Source: Acidimicrobiia bacterium
Lineage (GTDB): Bacteria; Actinomycetota; Acidimicrobiia; Spongiisociales; ZC4RG35
DNA length: 64,000 bases
Assembly (NCBI GenBank): GCA_965215185.1
Contig: OZ244034.1
Span: 32,001 to 96,000 of the forward strand
Reading direction: 5' to 3'
In this document: positions 43,045 to 52,624 of the stretch, one piece after another
How positions within the stretch are numbered: the stretch's first letter is position 1
How the letters are laid out: every line of letters begins with the position of its first letter
Translations under genes and position numbers: made by a program
The notes under the pieces: model-generated
Told to the model about the DNA's origin: nothing
Databases searched by the model: none
What the model saw: the letters and a program-made list of their open reading frames with translations, nothing else

Positions 43045-45374
43045 GGCGCCTCTCCCGTCCTATTTCGCGGCGAGACAGAGGTTGCCCACTCGCTGAGCCG
43101 CCGCCTTACGCCCGGGACGATCAGCGCGATCAACCCAATCAGGGTCAGAGTCCATCCCAACCACTCTGCCCAGGTGTTTTCAAATTCGATGACCACTTCG
43201 GAGTCGGTGGGTACCACCAACATCAGGGACGGCGCGACCAGATAAGGACCCTCAGCGCCGGTGGCCTTCCAGTTGGGAAAATAGGAGACCTTGACCAGGT
43301 GAGGAACCCCCACCGCATCGGTGATAAATGAGATCCGGTGATCTTCCACCACGATGTCCTTCACCGTCCAATCCTGAGCGGGGAGAAGGGTGGGGCGCAG
43401 CAGGGAAGGGTTGGAGACGATCGGCCATCCGTATTCGGTCGGCGCATCGGCCACCACCCACAGGTCGGCATTATTCAGCGTCTCGAACCACGACAAGGAG
43501 AAGTTGAAAAAGTCAAGATCTCCGTCAGGACCCTCTTGGAAGACCGAAGGCTCATAGCGGGCCACCTCCACCAACTCGGTGGGGGGCGCCTCGTATATGT
43601 GGAAGGGCCCGGCCACCCCCACTTCCTGCAATTCGGAGAACTTGGCGGCCTCCTCCGTCGCTTCGGGGGTGAAGGAGATGTAATAATGCACTCCGAACAT
43701 GTCGAGGTGGCGAAGTCCCCTGGTCATGGCGAGGTTGTGATAGCGCAGCCCCGGTACCGGATTCGAACCCTGTTTGCTCATCTCGGAGATGGCGATGAAG
43801 ATGAAGGGCATGCTCATGGAGGACTCGAAGAACAGCCCTTCCATGGAAGGATGACTCCACCCCGACCAATAGGGGATCAGCATGGGCGCCATGGGGGTCC
43901 CGTACTGGTCTATGTCCCGGTTGTTTTCCCATAGCACCCGGCCTGGTTCGAGTGCCGCCACCAGCGCGTTCATGTCCCGGTATTCATTCCAGCCGGCTTT
44001 GGCCTCATAACCCGAGTAGTTCCATCTGGACCAGCCCGCCAGATATGAGACTCCCGCCAGTGATCCGATCCCGACTCCCACCGCGACGATTCCCGCCAGG
44101 AGTTGTTTGACGGAAATCCGCTGTTGGCGGACATACAGCGCTGTTACCGCGATGATCGCCAAAATAACCGCGCCGAAGAGTATCGCCCATTTGGCCCTGG
44201 CGTTGGAGGAAGGGATCAAAACGGCGCCGATCACAACCACCGCGGTGGCGGTGGTCATAAGGGCCGCTTTGGGGGACACCGACCGGGGCAGGCGTCGGGT
44301 GATCGCCATCAAGGCAGCCCCCACCGCCAGCATGGCAAAGAACACCACGCCGAAATACCAATAGGGGAGCAGCCGTCCGTTGTAGAGCTTCCACCGGTCA
44401 TCCAGGAACAACTCCGGGAATTGACGGGTGAGCCGGATGGGAAGGGGGTAGTAGATGATTGGCGCAACGGTGGTGATCAACAGCGGGACAATCTTCCAAG
44501 TCTGCCCGATCCGCCTGGCGCGGCGCAGGGCCCAGACCAGCCCGACCAGGCTCAGGGGCAGCAGCACCCAGATTTCAGTTGGGAAAAACTCTCGCCATTG
44601 GGTGAGCGGACTCCAAGCCAGATCGGAGCTGTAGGCCAGATTGGCCAGGAATGGAATCGACCAGAAGCCCGTGAGGGCGAACGCCCACGCTGAGGTCACC
44701 AACAGAGGGCGACGAGACTTCCTGAGAGCCAGTAGTGCCAAGGTGCCGAACACCAACAGCAGGGTGGTGAGCAGATGGCACAAAACGGTGACGCAGAAGA
44801 CAGCCGCGGTGGCAGGGAGCAAGCGTGATTCTCCGTCTACCACCCGGATCAAAAGCCCCAGGTAGATGAAGCCCAAACTGAAGGACCATGCGTAGGTGAA
44901 CTCCCCGGCCAGGGTGGAGGCCACGTTTCCCCCGTAGATGGTGAAACTCTCCATCAAGGCGTACACGGTCCCTCCCGCCGCGGTCAACAGGGCTAAAAGT
45001 CGATGGAACCCCAGCGCCCTGGTGAAGTAGTAAACGGCGGGGGGAAGCAATAGGAGACCACCCACCGTGACCAGCTTGAAGGCCACTCCGTAGGGCAGAA
45101 ACACATCCAGCAGCACGATGACCATCGAAGGGAGCGGGAAGTAGAAATAGAAAAGGGGAAATCCTGCGAACCAGGCATTGGACCAACCCAGCAGGCGGCC
45201 GGCCGGGAGCAACACGTCCCGCATGGCGGCCGGACCCAGGACGTGGGCGCCCATGTCTCCCCCGGAGGGGGTGTTGTCGACAAACAGCAGATGGGGGCTG
45301 AGCACGGCCAGCACCATCACGGAGAGAATGGCCAGCACCCAACCCGGGTACCAGAATCTAGCGAGCCTATTCAT
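43041..45374 (-). CDS. Large membrane protein, PTPS-related/YfhO-like, probable GT-C glycosyltransferase
   Basis: GGDMGAH in the first loop, W..GFPLFYFY, about 13 TMs and a large extracytoplasmic C-terminal domain. Confidence 0.65.
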   Translation of the reverse strand: MNRLARFWYPGWVLAILSVMVLAVLSPHLLFVDNTPSGGDMGAHVLGPAAMRDVLLPAGRLLGWSNAWFAGFPLFYFYFPLPSMVIVLLDVFLPYGVAFKLVTVGGLLLLPPAVYYFTRALGFHRLLALLTAAGGTVYALMESFTIYGGNVASTLAGEFTYAWSFSLGFIYLGLLIRVVDGESRLLPATAAVFCVTVLCHLLTTLLLVFGTLALLALRKSRRPLLVTSAWAFALTGFWSIPFLANLAYSSDLAWSPLTQWREFFPTEIWVLLPLSLVGLVWALRRARRIGQTWKIVPLLITTVAPIIYYPLPIRLTRQFPELFLDDRWKLYNGRLLPYWYFGVVFFAMLAVGAALMAITRRLPRSVSPKAALMTTATAVVVIGAVLIPSSNARAKWAILFGAVILAIIAVTALYVRQQRISVKQLLAGIVAVGVGIGSLAGVSYLAGWSRWNYSGYEAKAGWNEYRDMNALVAALEPGRVLWENNRDIDQYGTPMAPMLIPYWSGWSHPSMEGLFFESSMSMPFIFIAISEMSKQGSNPVPGLRYHNLAMTRGLRHLDMFGVHYYISFTPEATEEAAKFSELQEVGVAGPFHIYEAPPTELVEVARYEPSVFQEGPDGDLDFFNFSLSWFETLNNADLWVVADAPTEYGWPIVSNPSLLRPTLLPAQDWTVKDIVVEDHRISFITDAVGVPHLVKVSYFPNWKATGAEGPYLVAPSLMLVVPTDSEVVIEFENTWAEWLGWTLTLIGLIALIVPGVRRRLSEWATSVSPRNRTGEAP

Positions 45375-45408
45375 CGGGGATTTAGGGGCTTATCCGGCCC
45401 GCCGATTG

Positions 45409-45642
45409 CTAGGCGGCTCCCGACTCCTTGGCGGATTGGAACATCTCGGTGACGTTGCGACGGTCGAATAATGTCCATTTTATGGGAGGCGTGAGACGAT
45501 CGGCGTGGTGTCGGCACAGGGGCGAAAGCACCTCATGAGAAACGGAGATGTTGACATCCCACAGCCAAACCCGCCGGTTTTGATAGTCGATCGCCATCAA
45601 CGAAGAGGCCGTTTTTCCACACCGATAGCAATTGGAGACCAT
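45409..45642 (-). CDS. DUF3499 family protein
   Basis: CYRC, DY..R.VW, LCRHHADRLTPP..W; typical position upstream of PMM in actinobacteria. Confidence 0.8.
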   Translation of the reverse strand: MVSNCYRCGKTASSLMAIDYQNRRVWLWDVNISVSHEVLSPLCRHHADRLTPPIKWTLFDRRNVTEMFQSAKESGAA

Positions 45643-45662
45643 AACCTACCCACTCTAAAGCC

Positions 45663-46046
45663 TCATCGCCGGGGAACAAAGGATTTCCAGCGGCGGAGCA
45701 GGCGTACCGTAGGCATACCCTCCCAAACCAGGCCATCGCCGTTTTCCTCTACCGCCGCGGCGGTAGGCACCTGGTGAATCTTGTGGGTCGCAAAGACCTG
45801 TGGCTCCTCCGCCCACCTTATTTCGCGAAACCCCTCAATCCCTAGTACCTCGATGAAACGGGAGCGTACCGGGTCACATCCCGGGCACCGCTGGGAGGTG
45901 AACAACACCACTCCCGGTTCGAGTCCTCTCATAGGCCGACGGCGCGGACGGCACCGGTCGATCACCCTGGCCGCCACCGCCACTACCAGAGCCACCGCCA
46001 GTACCGCCAGAGGTACCAGCAACTCCAACATCCCTTCCTCAAGCAT
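45663..46046 (-). CDS. Membrane-anchored thioredoxin-like protein
   Basis: N-terminal TM, FTSQRCPGC, VPT cis-Pro motif. Confidence 0.75.
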   Translation of the reverse strand: MLEEGMLELLVPLAVLAVALVVAVAARVIDRCRPRRRPMRGLEPGVVLFTSQRCPGCDPVRSRFIEVLGIEGFREIRWAEEPQVFATHKIHQVPTAAAVEENGDGLVWEGMPTVRLLRRWKSFVPRR

Positions 46047-47511
46047 CTGCCGTGCCCGTCTTTGCGGTGTTTCCGAACATCTGGTTACATAACGCGCGGA
46101 GACCGGGGCTTCGCTCCACGGGGTAGGGGGACGGGTCGATCAGATCCAAGTAATCCGGTGAGAGCCGGGCAATGTCTCGTCTACGCCTATCCCGGGCGGT
46201 CTCCAGGTCCTCCTGGATCATGGATCTCCCGTTCGCCCAGACTTGTTCCAGAAGATCTTCCCACGCTTGTCCTTCTTCGGGTTCCTCCTCCCTCAGCGTC
46301 ACCAGGTCTCCACCTGCGGTCCGGTCCTGCCGGTAGTTACGCCATAGGCCTTTCCTGCCGGGTAGAGAGCTTTTGGCCAGGTCATTGGTGAGCTTGAAGG
46401 CGGGTCGCCAGGTCCGGTCTTTTCTGATGGCAGCCAGTTTGTAGACACCGTCCAGGCTGGGAGCGCCCTCTGATGTGACCAGTCGGGTCCCCACTCCAAA
46501 CACCAGCCGCCCGATCAGGCGGTCGGGATCCTCGGCCCGCCGAGCCAATTCTTCGGTTATCCGGGCTATGGCTAGTTCGTCCAACCGATCGGAGAGAACG
46601 ATAGCCGTCTCTTCGAAACCAGCCTCATCTAGCATCCGTGCGGAAGCCAGGGCCAGATCCACCGGGTTTCCAGAGTCGAGGCGGATTCCCACCGGCCTGT
46701 GGCCCTTGCTGCGCAATTCTTCGAATACCAAGATGGCGTTGGGAAGGCCCGACTCCAGGGTGTCGATGGTGTCCACCAATAGCACGCAGTCATCCGGGTA
46801 AACGCTGGAGAAGGCCCGAAACGCGTCGAGTTCACTTCCGCCCAGGGCCATGAAGGCCTGTACCAGGGAGTGGGCGTGGGTGCCCTTGGCTGGCATTCCC
46901 AGTTTGTGTGAGGCCGCCACATTGGAGGAAAAATCGGCCCCACCCACCAGCGCCGCTTCCGTAGCCAAGTTGGCGCCCAGGCCCGCCGCCCGGCGCATCC
47001 CGAACTCCAGAACAGATCCCGATCGGGCGGCCTGTTTGACTCTTGCGGCCTTGGTGGCGACGAGAGTGGCGAAATTGCGATGGTTCAACAGTGAACTCTC
47101 CAGTAGTTGCCCCAGCGCCAAGGGCCCTTCCACCACGGTGATGGGGGTATGGGGATGGACCACCCGTCCATCGGGGACCGCCCGGACACTGAGTTGACCA
47201 AAGTCGCCATGGTGCTCCAACCAGTTCAGGAAACCCTTCCCGAACAGGGGAGCGCCCGAACCGGATCGCATTTCGGCCAAGGCAGAGCGCTCCGCATCGC
47301 CGAATCGAAATTCTGCCAAGCGTTCCAGCAGCACCTGGAGTCCCGCTGTGACGCAGTACCCCGCACGATGCTCGTCGTAGGACGGATAGGTGCGAAAGTA
47401 GTGTTCGTAACTGGCCTCCTGCTCGGCAATACCGTGGCTGAAGTAGACCTGAGCCATGGTGAGTTGATACAGGTCAGTGAACAACACGCCGCGGTGGAGT
47501 GGATATGCCAT
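46039..47511 (-). CDS. pncB: Nicotinate phosphoribosyltransferase
   Basis: TDLYQLTM, EFGMRRA, GTHAHS, LVDT, GIRLDSG, GVGT, VYKL. Confidence 0.96.
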   Translation of the reverse strand: MAYPLHRGVLFTDLYQLTMAQVYFSHGIAEQEASYEHYFRTYPSYDEHRAGYCVTAGLQVLLERLAEFRFGDAERSALAEMRSGSGAPLFGKGFLNWLEHHGDFGQLSVRAVPDGRVVHPHTPITVVEGPLALGQLLESSLLNHRNFATLVATKAARVKQAARSGSVLEFGMRRAAGLGANLATEAALVGGADFSSNVAASHKLGMPAKGTHAHSLVQAFMALGGSELDAFRAFSSVYPDDCVLLVDTIDTLESGLPNAILVFEELRSKGHRPVGIRLDSGNPVDLALASARMLDEAGFEETAIVLSDRLDELAIARITEELARRAEDPDRLIGRLVFGVGTRLVTSEGAPSLDGVYKLAAIRKDRTWRPAFKLTNDLAKSSLPGRKGLWRNYRQDRTAGGDLVTLREEEPEEGQAWEDLLEQVWANGRSMIQEDLETARDRRRRDIARLSPDYLDLIDPSPYPVERSPGLRALCNQMFGNTAKTGTADA

Positions 47512-47671
47512 CTGCTCCCAGATATTACGCTTGGTTTTCCTCTGGGTATTCCCGACTCGGAGGCTTGTCCACTCCCGCGACGGACGTCGGTGGATTCCTG
47601 TCCACTTCACTAGCAAATTCAAAACCTTGTTCCTTATCGATACTTTGCAACTGTTCGGCGCTAGCTTCCAA

Positions 47672-48926
47672 GTGATTGGCATCAGCATTGCTAATCAGGG
47701 GCCGGTGGTGGGTTGCTTTGAAGTTCCCCCCTCGAAGCCGGAGACTCAGAGGGCCCTGGCCATGGCTGCCCTGGCGGATGGAACTTCGACCATTCGCTCT
47801 CCGCTACACAGTTCGGAAACGCTCAGGATGATGGAAGCCTGCCGGGAAATCGGAGCGGAGATCATCCATGATGGAGCCGAAATTCGGGTGGTGGGAACCG
47901 GGATCGGAGAGCGCGTTTCCCCTACTTCCACGCGGCCGAATACCCGTTACGTTTGGGCCGATGGCTCTGCTCTTATTGGGCGCCTCTTTGCAACCATCTG
48001 TTCACTCATCCCCGAGCGGGTTGTGATAGATGGCAACAACGTCCTGAGAAACCGGCCTTTCGCGCCGCTCTTCTCAGCGCTGAGAGCCAAAGGCGCCGAA
48101 TTCGGGTTTTTCTAGGGTGTGGATGCTCTTCCTTGCATTGCGCTTTCCAGCCAACTGCCTGGAGGTCGATATCAGGTGGAGAGCTCCATTTCTTCACAGT
48201 GTCACGGCGTTGATGGTTGCCGCCCCGCTGGCTGACGCGCCCACCACCATCGAACTCATTGGCAAGCTCTACTCTCCTTCATACATCCGCCAAACCGCGG
48301 CCATGATGAGACACTTCGGCGTGGACATACCATCAGCGCCGACGATCGCGAAATCCTGATTCCCAACGACCAGTCGTATCGGAGCCGTGTAGTCGACATC
48401 GCCGGCGAACACGTCGGCTTCCTATCTAATGGGCGCTGCTTTCGCGAGTCGGGGGAGGATCACTCTATCGAATCTGGGGTCTGACAGTTTGCAGGGCGAA
48501 CGGGAGATCGTTGACATCAACGCGGCGTTAGGCGGGGAGGTGCAATGGTTGCAGACCAGCAATGAGCTCAAGATTGACTGCACCGACCTTCCCAAGCAGG
48601 TTGATATGGCCTTCGATCTCAGCGACAGCCCCAACATCCCGCCGACGGTGGCTGCAATGGCTGCCACTATTCCGGGGCGCGTACGCCTGACGGGCAGCCG
48701 CCTCACGCAGTTTCACAAGTCGGGGCGTATTGAAGCGATGGCGACGGAGTTAGCCAAGGCCGACATCGGGGTATCGCTGCTCCACGACGCTGAGGGCGCC
48801 GTGGACGACCTCGGAGCGGGCTCTCGTCGAGGCGGAGTGGAGTTCTCAACCTATGACGAACACCGGATCTTCATGTCCCTGGTGGTGTTCTCCTTGTCTC
48901 GCTCTGAGATCTTCAATGGCCATTGA
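47672..48926 (+). pseudogene. Divergent EPSP-synthase-like (enolpyruvyl transferase) pseudogene
   Basis: PSKPETQRAL, SSQ-VTALMVAAP, SYIRQT..MMRHFG, SLQGE, HRIFM; TAG at 48113-48115 and frameshifts near 48200, 48328 and 48410. Confidence 0.85.
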
Positions 48927-49129
48927 AGATCTCCTTTCCTCATAGGGGAAGCACTGAGCAGTCAAGGCACAGTGCGGCGTCGGCTTACATCAGCACCAGA
49001 ATAAACATAGGGAGGGAAAGGGAGAGCACAAACCCGATTTACCTGGCCGGGATCCCATGTCCCAGGGTGTGTCCGTCCCTCCCCGGTAATGCTTGAGCTC
49101 GGGGTCCGGTGCCACTACGGTTCTCTCCC

Positions 49130-50323
49130 ATGAGCGCAGTGCTGTCGGTCATCAATGGTCTCGTGTTCAACGGCGTCTCCTTGGCGCCAACCGAGCACCC
49201 GGTTCACATGGAGGGAGGGAAGGTGGTCGGCCTCCATGGTCCTCCACCCGACGACGCCCGCGTCATCGATGCTCGTGGGCGCTTGGTCGTGCCGGGGTTG
49301 ATAGACGCCCACTTTCACGCTTATGGGATCGGCTTTGAAATGATTGAAGTCGAGAGGCTACCGATGAGCTACATCGCTCATAAGGCAGCCCGGCGGCTTG
49401 ATGCGGCGCTCCGCCGAGGCTTCACAACCGTGCGGGATCCGTCGGGGGGCGACATAGGTCTGCGCATGGCCCTTGACCAGGGGGTTATTCCGGGTCCCCG
49501 TTATCTCTATACCGGTCCGGCCCTCACCCAGACCGGCGGTCACGGCGATCCCCGCCCCGAACATCTGCTTGCTGAGCACTCCTGTGGCTACTTGAGCGAG
49601 ATCGTGGATGGAGTCGACAACCTTCGCCGAGCGGTCCGAGAGCGGTTCCGGACCGGGGCGCACGCCATAAAGCTGTTCACCTCGGGGGGAGTGATGTCTC
49701 CCACCGACCCCATCCGATTGGTGCAGTACGACCCGGAGGAGGTCAGGTCGGTGTGTGCCGAGGCCGCACGTCGGGATTCATACGTGGCTGCCCACGCCTA
49801 CTCACCCGAAGCGATCGTTCACTCTGTGGAAAACGGTGTGAGAACTATTGAACACGGGAACCTGCTGGATGCCGATTCCGCCTCGCGGATGGCCGAGCAC
49901 GGCGCTTTCCTGGTACCCACTCTCATTACTTACGATGCCATGCGACGCAGGGGAGACGATTTGGGTTTGTCTCCTGTCTCGCAACGAAAGAACCGCCAGG
50001 TGATGGAGGCAGGTCTTGCTTCAATCGAGATTGCCCGGGAGGCGGGGGTTCGCATTGGCCTGGGCACCGATCTGATTGCCGACCTGGAGGACGATCAATT
50101 ACAGGAGTTTCGGATGCGGTGTGAAGTCGAGGAGGTGGGGAAGGTGCTCCGGTCGGCCACATCGGTGAATGCTCGAATAATTCGCCGTCCGGATCTGGGA
50201 GTTATACAACCAGGGGCAGTTGCAGACGTGGTGGTATTGGCGGGCAACCCATTCCAAACGCCCGACGTGCTTTGGAATCCCGATCGAATAGTTGTGAAAT
50301 CGGGAAGAGTTATCCGCGCCTGA
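49130..50323 (+). CDS. Metal-dependent amidohydrolase (Xaa-Pro dipeptidase-like)
   Basis: PGLIDAHFH, GFTTVRD, GGHGD, KLFTSGGVMS, AHA, IEHG, GTD. Confidence 0.93.
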   Translation: MSAVLSVINGLVFNGVSLAPTEHPVHMEGGKVVGLHGPPPDDARVIDARGRLVVPGLIDAHFHAYGIGFEMIEVERLPMSYIAHKAARRLDAALRRGFTTVRDPSGGDIGLRMALDQGVIPGPRYLYTGPALTQTGGHGDPRPEHLLAEHSCGYLSEIVDGVDNLRRAVRERFRTGAHAIKLFTSGGVMSPTDPIRLVQYDPEEVRSVCAEAARRDSYVAAHAYSPEAIVHSVENGVRTIEHGNLLDADSASRMAEHGAFLVPTLITYDAMRRRGDDLGLSPVSQRKNRQVMEAGLASIEIAREAGVRIGLGTDLIADLEDDQLQEFRMRCEVEEVGKVLRSATSVNARIIRRPDLGVIQPGAVADVVVLAGNPFQTPDVLWNPDRIVVKSGRVIRA

Positions 50324-50422
50324 TCAACGCAAGACCGGTTATCCCACCCCACGGGTCTAACCCCAAGTGGGAGTAAACCAACCGATCGAGACAATCCTGC
50401 CATCAATTGACGACATGACGGA

Positions 50423-50704
50423 TCAGATCACGGAGTTGAGCTTTTCTTCGATCATCGACGGCGTAACCGCTCCGGCGGTCCGGTGGCGTTCCTCCCCGTC
50501 GCGCAGGTAGATGAGTGTCGGCGTCCCCATAACCGACCAGGCTTCAGCCAGGTCGGGATTTTTGTCGACGTGCACGGCAACGAACCGCCAAACATCAGCG
50601 TGGTCTCCAGCTAGGCGCTCAAGATGGGGGCGGAGCACCCGGCATGGGCGGCACCAGGTACCCCAGAATTCCACTACAACCCCGCGGTCCTCTGAACGGA
50701 TCAC
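50423..50704 (-). CDS. Thioredoxin family protein (short N-terminus)
   Basis: EFWGTWCRPC, GTPT. Confidence 0.85.
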   Translation of the reverse strand: MIRSEDRGVVVEFWGTWCRPCRVLRPHLERLAGDHADVWRFVAVHVDKNPDLAEAWSVMGTPTLIYLRDGEERHRTAGAVTPSMIEEKLNSVI

Positions 50705-50833
50705 AAACCTGGTCGGTACTGAATCGCAGGGAACTCCTAGTCCTTAGTCGGGGGTTGCCGGACAGTAGATTAGAGTGACCTCGGGCTGCGAAGGCCGGCC
50801 CCTTTTCGATGTCGACCACCTTGGGGGATTTTT

Positions 50834-51223
50834 ATGCTTACTGCCCGTGGACCCCTCGAAGTCACTGTCGAAGCCGAGCCTCCTTTCTTGGAACGCGACG
50901 GCATCAAGATCAACCGGAACATGGTCCGCAAGGAATTCTCCGGAGACATGGTTGGGTTGTCTGAGGCCCAGATGATCGCGGCCTACACGGCCACTCCGGG
51001 CTCGGCCGGATACGTGTCCATCGAGCACTTCACTGGGTCGGTCGGCGGCAAGTCGGGGTCGTTTGTCCTCCAGCACCACGGTTTGATGGAGAAGGGCGAG
51101 GCCGTGCTGACTGTGATGATCGTGCCGGACTCCGGCACAGGTGAACTGGTCGGGATCTCGGGCAACCTCGAGATTGACAACCAGGAGGGGAAGCACTCCT
51201 ACATCCTCAGGTTCGCGCTGTGA
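50834..51223 (+). CDS. DUF3224 family protein
   Basis: GSAGYV, F.GSVGGKSGSFVLQH, IVPDSGTGEL.GISG. Confidence 0.85.
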   Translation: MLTARGPLEVTVEAEPPFLERDGIKINRNMVRKEFSGDMVGLSEAQMIAAYTATPGSAGYVSIEHFTGSVGGKSGSFVLQHHGLMEKGEAVLTVMIVPDSGTGELVGISGNLEIDNQEGKHSYILRFAL

Positions 51224-51759
51224 TGACCGCGCGTTATCTTGTGTTGCCCCGCGGCATCAACGTCGGGCGTCGCAATCGGGTTCCGATGGCGGAGCTCAGG
51301 TCGAAGCTGGCCGAGGTGGGCTACTCTGCAGTAGCCACCGTCCTGCAAAGCGGAAACGTGATCGTTTCCGCCAGTTCGCAGGGTCTCGACGAGGTGGCTT
51401 GCGCCATTCAGCGGTTGCTCAGCGACCAGTTCGACGTCAACGTTCCCTGCGTCATCCGGACGGCGGACCAAGTTGGGGCGGTGCTCGAACGCAATCCGTT
51501 GCGGGAGGTTATAACCGACCCATCGCGTTACCTGGTGAACTTCTTCTCCGAGCAACCCGATCCCGAAGCGGTAAAGGCGTTGCTGGAAGAGGACCACAGT
51601 CCCCAGGCCATCGCCATCGACGGTACCGAGGCATACATCTGGACTCCTGATGGCGTCAAGGCGATGACCCTGTCGTATGCGTACCTCCAAAAAAGATTTG
51701 ATGTAGTCGCCACCGCCCGCAACTGGAGAACTCTTCAAAGGATTGCTGCCAAGCTCTGA
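51220..51759 (+). CDS. DUF1697 family protein
   Basis: RGINVG, MAELR, QSGNV, TARNWRT. Confidence 0.88.
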   Translation: MMTARYLVLPRGINVGRRNRVPMAELRSKLAEVGYSAVATVLQSGNVIVSASSQGLDEVACAIQRLLSDQFDVNVPCVIRTADQVGAVLERNPLREVITDPSRYLVNFFSEQPDPEAVKALLEEDHSPQAIAIDGTEAYIWTPDGVKAMTLSYAYLQKRFDVVATARNWRTLQRIAAKL

Positions 51760-52036
51760 ACGCTGGCGGTTCAACCCGGAGCCCGGTACCCATGGGAGGA
51801 AATAGGGTTCCTGACCCCTCGGCCAGCCTTACGACGGTCAACGTGATTTCGGTGGTCCCTCCGGGCCTGCTTGTACGCAAGGCCCGGCCAGTGGAAGACG
51901 CCTGTTTGGATGAGAAGTGCGGGACGATCAGCGACGGTAAGGGCAAAACCGTGGCGACTCCTGGCATTCCTGACCTGCCCGGACAGGAACTGGAGGTTGA
52001 TGAGAAGCATGAGCGCCGGTACGCTATTGTGAGATC

Positions 52037-52624
52037 ATGACGCAGTTGTCCTCTCGACCCGCGCTGGTGGTGGTGGATGTCCAAAACGACTTCGCCGACC
52101 CGCGGGGTTCGCTGTATGTGCAGGGAGCGGGCGCAGTGGTGGAGGCGGTGAACCGGTTGGTGGAAAGCGCCGGTGCCCAGGATTGGCCGGTGTTCTACAC
52201 CCAGGACTGGCATCCGCAGACCACTCCCCATTTCGCCAAGGACGGGGGGATTTGGCCGGTGCATTGTGTGGGAGGGTCGACTGGAGCGGCCTTTCATCCC
52301 GATTTGAAGGTGGAGGGGGTGTCGGTTAAGAAGGGCGGCGCCGGGGAGGACGGCTATTCGGGATTCACCATGCGAGACCTAGTGGAGGGCAAGGACCGGC
52401 CCACCGAGTTGGATTCGCTGCTGCGCCAGGACGGGGTCACCAGGGTGGTGGTGGTCGGGCTGGCATTGGACTATTGCGTGAAGGACACTGCCCTGGACGC
52501 GGTCCGGTTGGGATACGAAGTGGAGGTGCCGCTCGGCGCCACCGCGGCGGTCAATCTGTCTCCCCACGATGGCGACCAGGCTGTCGCGGCGCTGAAGGCG
52601 GCGGGGGTTTCGGTTACTGGCTGA
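52037..52624 (+). CDS. pncA: Nicotinamidase/pyrazinamidase
   Basis: VDVQNDF, QDWHP, WPVHCV, KG..YSGF, GLALDYCV. Confidence 0.95.
   Translation: MTQLSSRPALVVVDVQNDFADPRGSLYVQGAGAVVEAVNRLVESAGAQDWPVFYTQDWHPQTTPHFAKDGGIWPVHCVGGSTGAAFHPDLKVEGVSVKKGGAGEDGYSGFTMRDLVEGKDRPTELDSLLRQDGVTRVVVVGLALDYCVKDTALDAVRLGYEVEVPLGATAAVNLSPHDGDQAVAALKAAGVSVTG

Noticed and set aside
51792-52040. 82-aa ORF upstream of pncA
   Set aside because: No recognisable motif, and it runs through the apparent pncA promoter; probably spurious or a remnant.
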